Shown: positions 10,277-19,938 of the stretch, one piece after another
How positions within the stretch are numbered: position 1 is the first letter of the stretch
Layout of the letters: the number at the start of each line of letters is the position of its first letter
Source: a candidate division Zixibacteria bacterium CG_4_9_14_3_um_filter_46_8
GTDB taxonomy: Bacteria > Zixibacteria > MSB-5A5 > UM-FILTER-46-8
Direction: 5' to 3'
Length of the DNA stretch: 64,000 bases
Assembly: GCA_002791595.1 (NCBI GenBank)
Contig: PFXJ01000025.1
Span: forward strand, 19,880-83,879
Made by a program: the position numbers and the translations under genes
Notes under the pieces: model-generated
What the model was told of the DNA's origin: nothing
Database searches by the model: none
Seen by the model: only the letters and a program-made list of their open reading frames with translations

Positions 10277-11356
10277 TCATCTGCGGACCAGCGAATCGAC
10301 GGTCTTTTTATCCAGAATCTTCACCACCGCTGTCAACAGCTTGATTAAATTGTCGTAATCATCGCGATTTAAGATGCCGGCATGACCGTGGATATAACGG
10401 GTTGCGACACCCATATAAATGGTGGGGACGCCGATGCGATTCAATTGAATTCGACCCCCATCGGTTCCTCCTCGCTCCAGCGCGGTCAGGTGATATGGAA
10501 TCTTGTTTCTTTCGGCAACATCGATCACCAAATCGCGTAGCCTTCTGTTCGGGACTAAACTGCCATCATATACCGCGATGGATGGTCCCGATCCAAGCCG
10601 TTCCGGTTGCTTACCGGCCATACCTGGTGTATCCTTCGCGATAGAGACATCCACTGCAAATCCGACGTCAGGATCCACCATATTGGCGGCAGTCATCGCC
10701 CCACGCAAGCCGACTTCTTCCTGAACTGTGCCAACACCGAAAATCGTGTTCGGATGCTTGACCTTTCGGAAATGGCTCATTATAGATATCACGGCGGCAC
10801 AACCTATACGATTATCCCAGGCCTTCGCCAGGTACATTTTGGGGTTGGCCAAGATAGTGAATTCAGAAACGGGGACGATGGAATCACCCGGACGGATTTT
10901 TAGTATTTTCTTTACATCGAACTTATCCTGAGCCCCGATATCAATATAAAGATCCTCAATATCCAAAACCTTCTTCCGTTCCTCCTCTTTCAAGAGATGA
11001 GGAGGTTTAGAACCAATTACACCCTGAATATCTCCGCTTACGGTCTTAATAATTACTCTCTGCGCCAAAGCGACATGACCCCACCATCCTCCGAGCGGCA
11101 AAAATTTGATATAGCCATCATCGGTGATTTCCTTGACCATAAAGCCAATCTCATCCATGTGGGCCGCGATCATCACTTTGGGTTCAGAACTTGTGCCTTT
11201 CTTTTGGGCAATGAATGAGCCGAGGCGGTCGTAGCTGGTATTGTCCGCAATATCTTTGAGATATTTTTTCATAATCTCAGCCACAGCATCTTCGTGGCCC
11301 GGCACGCCATGGACCTCGGTAAGTTCCTTGAACATTAATTCAATTTTATCCATCAT
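10277..11356 (-). CDS. M42-family metallo-aminopeptidase
   Basis: AAHMDEIG, KAWDNR, QEEVGLRGA, GGTD, RYIH. Confidence 0.94.
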   Translation of the reverse strand: MMDKIELMFKELTEVHGVPGHEDAVAEIMKKYLKDIADNTSYDRLGSFIAQKKGTSSEPKVMIAAHMDEIGFMVKEITDDGYIKFLPLGGWWGHVALAQRVIIKTVSGDIQGVIGSKPPHLLKEEERKKVLDIEDLYIDIGAQDKFDVKKILKIRPGDSIVPVSEFTILANPKMYLAKAWDNRIGCAAVISIMSHFRKVKHPNTIFGVGTVQEEVGLRGAMTAANMVDPDVGFAVDVSIAKDTPGMAGKQPERLGSGPSIAVYDGSLVPNRRLRDLVIDVAERNKIPYHLTALERGGTDGGRIQLNRIGVPTIYMGVATRYIHGHAGILNRDDYDNLIKLLTAVVKILDKKTVDSLVRR

Positions 11357-11395
11357 TTCTCCTGAATATTCTCACAAATCTAACACATTGCAAAT

Positions 11396-12154
11396 CTATG
11401 TTATTAGCTTTCCATTGTCAACTATCAAACCCAACATATTCTTGAGTTCCTTGATCGAATCGCAACTGGCGTAGTTTGACATTTCCTCCGGATATTCCCT
11501 TCCTGGCTTCTTGCGGAGAATTCCCGTCAGGCCAATATCCTCTGGACCTTTGATGTCCTCTTCGAATCTGTCGCCGACAAATATCGCTTCATCGGGTGAA
11601 CAACCCGCTATTTCCAAAGCACAAATATATATATCAGGATGAGGTTTTCTAACTCCCAATTCGCAGGAGAAAACCATTCCATCTATATGAGGAAGGATGC
11701 CAAAGCGCCGCAATTCCATAAGATGCAAATACGCGGGAAATATAGAATTGCTGACAATAACGAGCTTAAGGCCAAGCGATTTCAACTCCTTAAGGGCTTT
11801 TGAAGAGCCATCGACCTCTGCGACATCCTCTGAAATAGGCTGGTAAAAAGCATATATGAAATTGCGCATCAGCTCTGGCTCGGCCGGCAAATTCATCTTC
11901 CTAAATGACTCGAATACAATTTCCTCAAAATTAACTTCCTTGAGATCCTCCTGCCTTTCCGCACTTAACATAGTATATGACTGATGGAAGATTCCGGCGC
12001 AAATTTCAATCGGCGGCACATTGGGGAATATTTCTATGAGAAATTGGTGCCCGGCCTTCATTCCCTTGCGGGCAATCTCTTCCCATTCGAAATTTTCATA
12101 TTCGAGAAGAGTTGAGCCGAGGTCAAATAAAATTGCTTTGAGCTTATTTTTCAC
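11396..12154 (-). CDS. HAD-superfamily hydrolase (subfamily IA)
   Basis: FDLGSTL motif I, VSN, KPHP, VGDRFEEDI. Confidence 0.9.
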   Translation of the reverse strand: MKNKLKAILFDLGSTLLEYENFEWEEIARKGMKAGHQFLIEIFPNVPPIEICAGIFHQSYTMLSAERQEDLKEVNFEEIVFESFRKMNLPAEPELMRNFIYAFYQPISEDVAEVDGSSKALKELKSLGLKLVIVSNSIFPAYLHLMELRRFGILPHIDGMVFSCELGVRKPHPDIYICALEIAGCSPDEAIFVGDRFEEDIKGPEDIGLTGILRKKPGREYPEEMSNYASCDSIKELKNMLGLIVDNGKLIT

Positions 12155-13169
12155 TTTTCCGCCTTACTGCCAAGTTAGCAATGATCTCGATCAGTTCATC
12201 AAATTCGATTCCAATGGCTTTCATTGCTTTGGGAACCAAAGAGGTTGGGGTCATTCCGGGAAGAGTATTCACTTCGAGGCAATATAATTCTTCACCACCC
12301 CTTAATCTAAAATCCACGCGCCCATAATCGCGACACCCGAGAACATCGAAAGCTTTTCGGCCCAGTTGTTTGCATTTTTCGGCAAGGTCAGTTGGAAGGA
12401 CGGCGGGGCATATATACTTGGATTTCCCCGATGTATATTTGCATTCATAGCTATAGAAGCCTCCTTCCGGGACAATCTCAATTACCGGCAAGTCATAATC
12501 GCCTACAATGGCGACCGTTAATTCCCGGCCGGCAATATATTTTTCGGCAAGAATTCTTGAATCGTATTCGAAGGCGAGTTTCAGCGCAGGCGCTATTTCA
12601 TTTTCGGAATTCACAATAGATAAACCCACGGTGGATCCCTGCGCATTGGGCTTAATCACTAAGGGAAAACCAACAGTCGAGATAATTTCCCTTTTCGCCG
12701 CATTTGTGTCGTTCAACGCAGTGCTTCGATAAAGCAGCCATTCCGGCGTGGGGATGCCATTAAGCTTGAAAACCATCTTCGAAAATGCTTTATCCATTGC
12801 GGCCGCCGAAGCCAGGACATCTGAACCGGTATAGGTAACATTGCTCAAATTCAGGAGCGCCTGAATAGTGCCATCCTCTCCATGACCGCCATGCAATCCG
12901 ATGAAGACCACATCAAGGTCCGCCAAATCCCGCTCGTTAAGTCTTGTAGTAAGATAGCGGTCATCGAGACTGCTTAACGATTTTTCGTCAGGAGGAATGG
13001 CTCCGACTGCGTAGTTTCCTTTCAGGTCGATTTGCACAAAGCCACCGGCCGTATCGATAGCAATAACCTGATGGCTCCTCCTCAGAAGCGCCTCGGCTAT
13101 CTTTATGCCGGAGGCGATGGAGACCTTCCTCTCTGCGGACGTTCCCCCAAACAAAACAGCGATTTTCAA
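12144..13169 (-). CDS. ddl: D-alanine--D-alanine ligase
   Basis: GGTSAER, LHGGHGEDG, MDK, GSTVG, EVNTLPG; TTGA overlap with dedA stop. Confidence 0.96.
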   Translation of the reverse strand: MKIAVLFGGTSAERKVSIASGIKIAEALLRRSHQVIAIDTAGGFVQIDLKGNYAVGAIPPDEKSLSSLDDRYLTTRLNERDLADLDVVFIGLHGGHGEDGTIQALLNLSNVTYTGSDVLASAAAMDKAFSKMVFKLNGIPTPEWLLYRSTALNDTNAAKREIISTVGFPLVIKPNAQGSTVGLSIVNSENEIAPALKLAFEYDSRILAEKYIAGRELTVAIVGDYDLPVIEIVPEGGFYSYECKYTSGKSKYICPAVLPTDLAEKCKQLGRKAFDVLGCRDYGRVDFRLRGGEELYCLEVNTLPGMTPTSLVPKAMKAIGIEFDELIEIIANLAVRRKSEK

Positions 13170-13813
13170 CTTCTTCCCTTCCGATATTTCAAGTAAATAT
13201 TAAGAATGTAGGCGGTAATCGCCACGGAGATGGCAATTAAAATTACTTTGCTATACATACTTATGAATGTCCCAATATTATCGATTTTATCTCTCATAAG
13301 AAAAACGGCGCCCATCAAGATGCCATTCCAAATGATAAAGCCCAAAAGAGTAAGCACCACAAATTTGCGCACGTCAATATTGATAATTCCAGCGGCAACA
13401 GAGATAAGGGAACGCACACCTGAAAAGAATCTCCCGCCCAAGATGATCCACCCTCCATATTTATCAACCCATTTCTCCATTCTGGAGAGTTTGTCAGCGA
13501 TTTCGCCAATCCATACGGATGATATGAAAAATTGGCGGCCCTTGGTTCGCCCAAGAAAATAAAGCACAGATGCGCCGGCAAGACCGCCAAAATTTACGGC
13601 CGCAAATGCCATAACAAATGAGAGCTTTCCTGAAACTGCAAAATAAGCCCCTACCAGAGTGAACATATCCCCGGGAAAAGGTGGAAATAAGTTCTCAATG
13701 ACAGATGATAGAAACAGGAATATATATATATATACTGCACCGTGTGATGCAAAATATGCGAATTGCTCTTCTAAAGTGATACCGGAATCCTTAAGCGATA
13801 TTGACCCATTCAA
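13166..13813 (-). CDS. DedA-family membrane protein
   Basis: ENLFPPFPGD, GRFFSGVRS motifs; hydrophobic helices. Confidence 0.92.
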   Translation of the reverse strand: MNGSISLKDSGITLEEQFAYFASHGAVYIYIFLFLSSVIENLFPPFPGDMFTLVGAYFAVSGKLSFVMAFAAVNFGGLAGASVLYFLGRTKGRQFFISSVWIGEIADKLSRMEKWVDKYGGWIILGGRFFSGVRSLISVAAGIINIDVRKFVVLTLLGFIIWNGILMGAVFLMRDKIDNIGTFISMYSKVILIAISVAITAYILNIYLKYRKGRS

Positions 13814-13859
13814 TTATTTCTGCAAATGACAATCAGCGCAGATGCAATCATCTTAGCGG

Positions 13860-14903
13860 TTAAATAATCAACATAGCATCGCCATAGCTATAAAACCTAT
13901 AATTATTTTTCTTGGCCTCTTCGTAAGCATTCATAACATTCTCACGCCCTGCGATCGCCGAGACCAGGAACAAGAGGGTTGATTTCGGTAGGTGAAAGTT
14001 GGTGATCAATGCCTTGACCACCTTGAATTTATAGGGAGGGTATATATAAATATCGGTGAACCCTTCCGAAGGAGCAATGACATATTTATGATCTGATTCG
14101 GAATCAATAGCCGCTCTTTCCAAGGTCCTGACTGAAGTGGTTCCGACGGCAATTACCCGTCCCCCGTTGCGGACGGCGCTATTAATTTTCTGAGCGGATG
14201 GTTCGGATATTGAAAAGAATTCCGATTCCATTTTGTGATCCTCTGGATTCTGGACAGTGACCGGGCGAAAAGTCCCTAGCGAAGGATGGAGAGTAATCTC
14301 GGCAATCGCTACCCCTCCACTTTGAATCTGAGTCAGCAACTGAAGACTAAAATGAAATCCGGCCGTGGGAGCCGCCACCGCGCCATTAACCGAGGCATAA
14401 ACTGTTTGATACCTTTCCATATCGAGAGGCTCGTCTTCCCTGTTAATATAGGGAGGAAGGGGAATATGCCCATATCGCTGGATTTGATAATCTATATCTA
14501 CGTGCGTCTGGAATTCAACCAGGCGCCCACCTACTGCAGTCCGATCCAGCACCCTGCAGGCAAAATCGCCAGCAAATTCCACCTCTGTCCCGGGAGCAAG
14601 CTTTTTCCCGGGATTGACAAGGGCTTCCCAGATCAAATCATCAATTTTTCGAAGCAGGAAAATTTCGACTTGGCCCCCGGATGGTTTCCGTTTGCCGTAT
14701 AATCGGGCCGGAAATACTTTGGAATTATTTATCACGAGACAATCACCAGGCCGCAGAAATTCGATAATCTGATCAAAGCGCCTATGCTGAATGTCGCCAG
14801 TTTCCTTCGACAAGACCAATAGCCGAGATTGATCACGTTGGTCCAAGGGATATTGCGCGATTAGTTCTCGTGGCAGGTGATAGTCGTAATCAGCTAATTC
14901 CAA
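13860..14903 (-). CDS. queA: S-adenosylmethionine:tRNA ribosyltransferase-isomerase
   Basis: LIAQYP, PLPPYI, YQTVYA, AAPTAG, TNFHLPKSTL, YRFYSYGDAM. Confidence 0.97.
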   Translation of the reverse strand: MELADYDYHLPRELIAQYPLDQRDQSRLLVLSKETGDIQHRRFDQIIEFLRPGDCLVINNSKVFPARLYGKRKPSGGQVEIFLLRKIDDLIWEALVNPGKKLAPGTEVEFAGDFACRVLDRTAVGGRLVEFQTHVDIDYQIQRYGHIPLPPYINREDEPLDMERYQTVYASVNGAVAAPTAGFHFSLQLLTQIQSGGVAIAEITLHPSLGTFRPVTVQNPEDHKMESEFFSISEPSAQKINSAVRNGGRVIAVGTTSVRTLERAAIDSESDHKYVIAPSEGFTDIYIYPPYKFKVVKALITNFHLPKSTLLFLVSAIAGRENVMNAYEEAKKNNYRFYSYGDAMLII

Positions 14904-14904
14904 A

Positions 14905-15000
14905 TCAGTGGCGAGGAAAAAGTCGATGATAAATAAAATTATTGAGATGAAAACCGATAAGATTACTCCGGTGGTTATTCGGAAAATTATAATAGCTCAA
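14905..15000 (-). CDS. Putative 31-aa small ORF (MSYYNFPNNHRSNLIGFHLNNFIYHRLFPRH), or a decayed DUF2905-like remnant
   Basis: AGGAG at 15008-15012, 7 nt before TTG; TTGA overlap with queH stop; TGA ends 1 nt before the queA TTG. Confidence 0.4.
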   Translation of the reverse strand: MSYYNFPNNHRSNLIGFHLNNFIYHRLFPRH

Positions 15001-15569
15001 CCGTGCTCTCCTAACGATACCTTGGTTTTGATGGTGATAAAGCGATCCCTCTCTGAATAAATGCATCCGCAGTATTTTTGAAGATACAATCCCATTTCCC
15101 TGGCCTGAAGCCGTCCTTCACGATAGCCGGAACGAAAGTCCTGATACAGAAACCGTATGCCATTTTGATCAGCCACCTTGTTGCCTATTTCCTTAAGCAG
15201 ATCGTGCTTTTGGAACGGTGAAACGGAAAGAGTTGTAGTAAAAAGGTCATAACCTTCTTCACGAGCAAACTCCGCAGTCCGACTCAGGCGCATTTGGTAA
15301 CAATGATAGCATCGCTCGGGTTCAGATGGAGAAGAGGCGACTTTCTTGAGAAAGCAATCGAGGTCATAGCTCTCATCATAAGCAATTCCCAATTCCTTCA
15401 AACCAGCGAAACGTTTCAGCGATTCTAATCGTTTTGAGTATTCAATGTAAGGATGAATATTGGGATTATACCAGAAACCGGTCACATCGTAGCCTTCCTT
15501 AGCCCATTCATCGATAGGGTAAACTGCGCAGGGGCCGCAACAAATATGGACGGCCAGCTTCTTGCTCAA
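14997..15569 (-). CDS. queH: Epoxyqueuosine reductase QueH
   Basis: HICCGPC, YNPNIHP, RCYHCY..RL, YLQKYCGCIYS. Confidence 0.94.
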   Translation of the reverse strand: MSKKLAVHICCGPCAVYPIDEWAKEGYDVTGFWYNPNIHPYIEYSKRLESLKRFAGLKELGIAYDESYDLDCFLKKVASSPSEPERCYHCYQMRLSRTAEFAREEGYDLFTTTLSVSPFQKHDLLKEIGNKVADQNGIRFLYQDFRSGYREGRLQAREMGLYLQKYCGCIYSERDRFITIKTKVSLGEHG

Positions 15570-16591
15570 AACAGCTCCTTTTGCCGATGAGGCGGCATAT
15601 TGAAACCAAGATGAGCAAATCCCAGGTTGGAGACCATCCTGCCCTTGCGAGTTCGTTGAAGGAAACCAATTTTCAAAAGATATGGCTCCACCACATCTTC
15701 CAATGTATCAGCTTCCTCATTCAAAGTAGCGGCCAGAGCTTCAATACCTACGGGACCGCCACCATAGTGCTGTATAATAATTCTCAAATAGTTGCGGTCG
15801 AGATCATCTAAGCCGATAATATCAACACCCTCCAAATCCAAGGCCTGCCGTGCCAACTCGGAAGTGACATTACCATCGGCTTTGACCTGGCAGAAATCTC
15901 TCACTCTTCTCAATAAGCGATTTGCGATCCTGGGAGTGCCTCTGCTTCGGCGGGCGACCTCTGGCGCGGCATCATTATCAATCTTAAGTTGAAGCAATCC
16001 CGCCGAGCGTTTGACGATTGCCGTGAGGTCCTCATTAGGGTAGAAATCGAGATGATGCATCATCCCGAATCTATCTCGTAGAGGTGCGGTGAGCAATCCA
16101 GCCCTGGTAGTGGCGCCTATCAAGGTGAATCTCTCCAGTTTGAATTTGACTAACCGAGAGTGAGGACCGGAATCGACCAGGAAATCGACACAGAAATCCT
16201 CAATGGCCGGATAGAGGAATTCCTCGACAGCGGCGTTCATTCGATGAATCTCATCGACAAATAGAACATCGCCAGTTCTTAAGTTGGTCAAGATACCCAT
16301 CAAATCGCCCGGCTTGGTTAGACTTGGTCCGGTAGTTGTTATTAACTGGGTGCCCATCTCATTGGCGATAATATGGGCCAGTGTGGTTTTGCCCAGTCCT
16401 GCTGGACCGTAAAAAAGTATATGCTCTAAAGGCTCTTGTCGATGATTGGCGGCCTGGATGGAAAGCGAGAGCTTCTCGACCAGTTTCTGCTGGCCAATAT
16501 ACTCCGATAGCCGACGAGGCCTCAATGCCCACGAAAACGCCTCGTCCTCAGGGGTAGTCGGCTGGGGGGTAACTATCCGCTCTCTGGTCAT
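15566..16591 (-). CDS. ruvB: Holliday junction branch migration helicase RuvB
   Basis: LRP, GLGKTT, DEIHR, GATTR, LRDRFG, RGTPR. Confidence 0.97.
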   Translation of the reverse strand: MTRERIVTPQPTTPEDEAFSWALRPRRLSEYIGQQKLVEKLSLSIQAANHRQEPLEHILFYGPAGLGKTTLAHIIANEMGTQLITTTGPSLTKPGDLMGILTNLRTGDVLFVDEIHRMNAAVEEFLYPAIEDFCVDFLVDSGPHSRLVKFKLERFTLIGATTRAGLLTAPLRDRFGMMHHLDFYPNEDLTAIVKRSAGLLQLKIDNDAAPEVARRSRGTPRIANRLLRRVRDFCQVKADGNVTSELARQALDLEGVDIIGLDDLDRNYLRIIIQHYGGGPVGIEALAATLNEEADTLEDVVEPYLLKIGFLQRTRKGRMVSNLGFAHLGFNMPPHRQKELF

Positions 16592-16592
16592 A

Positions 16593-17243
16593 TCAACCCG
16601 AAGCCAAAAGCCCCTTCTTAAATATGAGATTGATCAATTCCTCCAGGGCCTTGATCTTGGGATTATCGACCAGGGCTTTTTCTATCATCTGCTTCGCTTC
16701 CCTCTCGCTGTATCCCAACTGCTGTAGAACTGCTAGAGCATCACCTTCCACGGCGTTCGCATCCGGCTTTTTCTTTTCGGCAACCAAAGGCTCGCTTTCT
16801 TTAAGCAAGGCGAATTTGGTCACTTTGCCATGGAGAGTAGCAATCACTTTCTCAGCAGTCCGACCTCCCAGACCCGGCATTTGTTTTATCAATTCCATGT
16901 CTCCAGTCTCAATCGCCGTCGCGATCTCCTTCACTGGTTTGGTAAGCGCCTTAAGCGCCTTCTTGAAACCTACTCCATCCACAGTCGTAAAAAGCCGGAA
17001 GAATTCACGGTCATTTTCATCCGTAAATCCAATCAAATATGGATAGGCATTGCCTCCGCCCGATGGTGATTCGATATATTCCAAAGTATGCAAGCTCAAT
17101 GTCGAACCAGATACATTGGAGGATTTCAGGCGGTTCAGTACACCAGATGGGAGAAGAATGTCCCAGGAGATGCCCGGCATCATTTTCATTAGAATGGAAT
17201 TATCCGTGAATTTTTCAATGGCGCCCTCGACCCTTGATATCAT
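16593..17243 (-). CDS. ruvA: Holliday junction DNA-binding protein RuvA
   Basis: Two HhH motifs (VDGVGFKKA, MPGLGGRTA); C-terminal LQQLGY; between ruvC and ruvB. Confidence 0.93.
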   Translation of the reverse strand: MISRVEGAIEKFTDNSILMKMMPGISWDILLPSGVLNRLKSSNVSGSTLSLHTLEYIESPSGGGNAYPYLIGFTDENDREFFRLFTTVDGVGFKKALKALTKPVKEIATAIETGDMELIKQMPGLGGRTAEKVIATLHGKVTKFALLKESEPLVAEKKKPDANAVEGDALAVLQQLGYSEREAKQMIEKALVDNPKIKALEELINLIFKKGLLASG

Positions 17244-17782
17244 CTTGACACCTGCGCCGTTGAAAGATATGAATGCAGTTCCGGGCGATTTCGGGATTGC
17301 GTGAGGTCTGTTATTGCAACTCCCAGAGCATCGGATACATCAAAATATTTGGATTCCAATTCCAATTTCAAAATATGGCCGATCATTCTGCGCACTTTTT
17401 CCTTTGAAGCTCTACCATCCCCGGTGATGATTTTCTTAATCTCTGTTGACGGATATGAAAACACCTCCATACCCGCCCGCGCTGCCGTCATAAGGATTAC
17501 CCCACGCGCGTGTCCCATAATAATTGATGTTTGAGGATGCTTATAATGCGAATAGAGTTCCTCGACAGCCATTCGTGAAGGCTTGAAATCATTGAGGATG
17601 GAATTCAATTCCTCAAAAAGGAGATTAAGCCTTTCCGGTAATGGCTTGTTTCCTGGCCTTATAACGCCGGCTTCAACCAAAATCGGGCAATCCCCGGCTG
17701 TCCTGACCAGCGCATAACCAGTAATATTGGTTCCGGGATCAATTCCGATGACAAGATTGGATTCACGCGAGATGCTCATCAC
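17240..17782 (-). CDS. ruvC: Holliday junction resolvase RuvC
   Basis: IGIDPG, AVEE, GHARG, ITGDGRASK, DALGVA. Confidence 0.96.
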   Translation of the reverse strand: MMSISRESNLVIGIDPGTNITGYALVRTAGDCPILVEAGVIRPGNKPLPERLNLLFEELNSILNDFKPSRMAVEELYSHYKHPQTSIIMGHARGVILMTAARAGMEVFSYPSTEIKKIITGDGRASKEKVRRMIGHILKLELESKYFDVSDALGVAITDLTQSRNRPELHSYLSTAQVSR

Positions 17783-17786
17783 TTCG

Positions 17787-18536
17787 CTACTGGCTGAACT
17801 GCTCTATGAGGGCGTCATCAATGTCGAAGTTGGCATAAACATTCTGTATATCATCATGTTCATCAAGCAGACTCATTAAACGGAGCATCTGCTCAGCCTT
17901 TTTGCCCTCAAGTTTGATATAATTTTGCGCAATCTTTGTTATTTCGGCGCTTTCCATAGGGATGCTTTTGGACTCAAGCGCAGAGCGCACCTTTTCAAAA
18001 TCGTGCGGCGGAGTGTAAACCTCAAACACTCCCTCGGAATTGCCGATGTCTTCGGCGCCGGCATCGAGCGCAATCTCCATAAGAGTGTCTTCGGGAACTT
18101 TCGCGGAAGGAATCCTAATGAAGCCCCGCTTGTCAAACATCCATCCCACGCATCCGGTTTCGCCCAAGTTGCCACCATTTTTGGTGAGTAGGGCTCGAAT
18201 TTCTGCCACAGTGCGGTTCTTATTATCTGTCACAACTTCTATCAGAATCGCCACTCCCCCAGGCCCATATCCTTCATAGGAAACCTCTTCATAGCTTGCT
18301 CCGGGCAGTTCACCGGTTCCCTTCTGGATTGCTCTCTTGATGTTATCCTGGGGCATATTAGCGGCTTTAGCGGCGCCTATGGCAGAGCGCAATCGGGGAT
18401 TCATATCAGGGTCCCCTCCGCCACTTCTTGCTGCGATCATAACTTCTTTGTTTAGCCGTGAAAATACTTTACCGCGCTGGGCGTCTAACTTGCCTTTTTT
18501 TCTTTTAATAGTCGCCCATTTTGAATGACCAGACAT
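17787..18536 (-). CDS. yebC: YebC/PmpR-family protein
   Basis: MSGHSKW start at ATG 18536 with [20 protein letters not shown]. Confidence 0.96.
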   Translation of the reverse strand: MSGHSKWATIKRKKGKLDAQRGKVFSRLNKEVMIAARSGGGDPDMNPRLRSAIGAAKAANMPQDNIKRAIQKGTGELPGASYEEVSYEGYGPGGVAILIEVVTDNKNRTVAEIRALLTKNGGNLGETGCVGWMFDKRGFIRIPSAKVPEDTLMEIALDAGAEDIGNSEGVFEVYTPPHDFEKVRSALESKSIPMESAEITKIAQNYIKLEGKKAEQMLRLMSLLDEHDDIQNVYANFDIDDALIEQFSQ

Positions 18537-18579
18537 ATTTCCTCCCGCCACTTACGGCACCAATAATTTTTCTCTCATA

Positions 18580-18608
18580 AGTTTAACAAAAATAAGCTCT
18601 TTTCGCAA
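18580..18608 (-). promoter_or_regulatory. Putative sigma70 promoter for the yebC-ruv-que operon
   Basis: TTGCGA-N17-TAAACT with TG extension. Confidence 0.45.
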
Positions 18609-18650
18609 CAGAAAACTGGAGGAATAACCGCCATCCACTGCTTTTATAGC

Positions 18651-18679
18651 TTGACCCCTACCATGTGAATAGCTATCAT
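18651..18679 (+). promoter_or_regulatory. Putative sigma70 promoter for the ABC transporter
   Basis: TTGACC-N17-TATCAT, 5 nt before ATG 18685. Confidence 0.45.
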
Positions 18680-18684
18680 CAAAT

Positions 18685-19938
18685 ATGAAAATGATCGTCA
18701 ATTCGTGCCTTATCATGGCGTTATCATTGCTTTACATTATGAATCTATCTTGCGGCAATAAAACAAGAAATGATGATGGCGAGATTACTCTGCAATTCTG
18801 GCAATTCTGGACCGACCCTGAAGCAAAGAAGGTCATGACCGATCTGGTAAGTGAGTTTGAAATCACCAATCCCAGGGTTAAAATCGTTGTCACGGATTTG
18901 ACCTGGGGAGAAGGACATAGCAAAATAGTGGTGGCATTTTCCGGCGGGAACACTCCCGACATCCTGGAACTCGGCTCCGATTGGGTTCCGGAATTCTCCA
19001 GTCGCGGTGCGTTGATGGACTTGACCGATTACCTCGATACTTTGCTTCAGGAACGGATTATGTGGGAACCGGGTGAATTTGATGGCTCTTACTATGCGGC
19101 GCCATGGTTTTTGGACACAAGAGCAATTTTCTATAATAAAGCATTATTGAGGCAAGCCGGTTATGAAGCCGGCAGCAATTTTAATACCTGGGATGACTTT
19201 GCGCTCGCATGCAAGAGAATAGATGCACTTGGAGGAGACCTCGCGGGATTCGGTATCAATAGCTATGAAAAACATCGGCTATATAAGAAGTTTCTGCCAT
19301 TCATTTGGACTAACAATGGCGATGTCCTGGATAATTCGCTTTCACCTGTTTTCGACTCAAAAAGCGTTCTGGAAGCATTTGAATTGTATTTAAAGCTCGC
19401 AGATTACGGAATCATAGACAACCAGCAAAATCTCGATATTAAGTTCATTGATGGAACATTGGGTTTCAATTTCTCCGGGGGATGGCTTTTGAAAAATATC
19501 CAGCGCAATCGACCCGACTTGGAATTCGGGGTTATGCCGGTTCCTTCTCCTGATGGGAAAATGGGGATTTCATTTGCGGGCGGCGAATACCTTGTAATCA
19601 GCAATAAATGTCCTCATCCTGACGCGGCTGTGAAATTCGTCAAATTCCTGATTGATCCTTCAAATACGATTCGTCTGTGCAAAGCGGTTGGTTTTGGGTT
19701 TCCAAGCACTAACGCTCTCCCCGATGATCCATTTTACTCCGAGAATCCATATCGGGTGGTCTTTCACCAACAACTTTTGAATTCACGAACTCCTCCCAAT
19801 CATCCTAAATGGGTCTATATTGAGGAAGTGATTGAAAAAACTGTGGAAAAGGGAATATATAAGAAGGGTGATGCGGAAACTCTTTTAAGGCAGGCGAATG
19901 ACGAGATTAAGCAGATATTGGATAGAAAAAATAATTGA
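18685..19938 (+). CDS. Carbohydrate ABC transporter substrate-binding lipoprotein
   Basis: Lipobox-like LSC; SBP family 1 features (TPDI, FYNKALL, FGVMPVP, GGEYL). Confidence 0.9.
   Translation: MKMIVNSCLIMALSLLYIMNLSCGNKTRNDDGEITLQFWQFWTDPEAKKVMTDLVSEFEITNPRVKIVVTDLTWGEGHSKIVVAFSGGNTPDILELGSDWVPEFSSRGALMDLTDYLDTLLQERIMWEPGEFDGSYYAAPWFLDTRAIFYNKALLRQAGYEAGSNFNTWDDFALACKRIDALGGDLAGFGINSYEKHRLYKKFLPFIWTNNGDVLDNSLSPVFDSKSVLEAFELYLKLADYGIIDNQQNLDIKFIDGTLGFNFSGGWLLKNIQRNRPDLEFGVMPVPSPDGKMGISFAGGEYLVISNKCPHPDAAVKFVKFLIDPSNTIRLCKAVGFGFPSTNALPDDPFYSENPYRVVFHQQLLNSRTPPNHPKWVYIEEVIEKTVEKGIYKKGDAETLLRQANDEIKQILDRKNN

Noticed and set aside
13814..15600. preQ1 riboswitch near the que genes
   Set aside because: No AGAGGTTC-like stem with A-rich tail seen; the genes are internal to an operon
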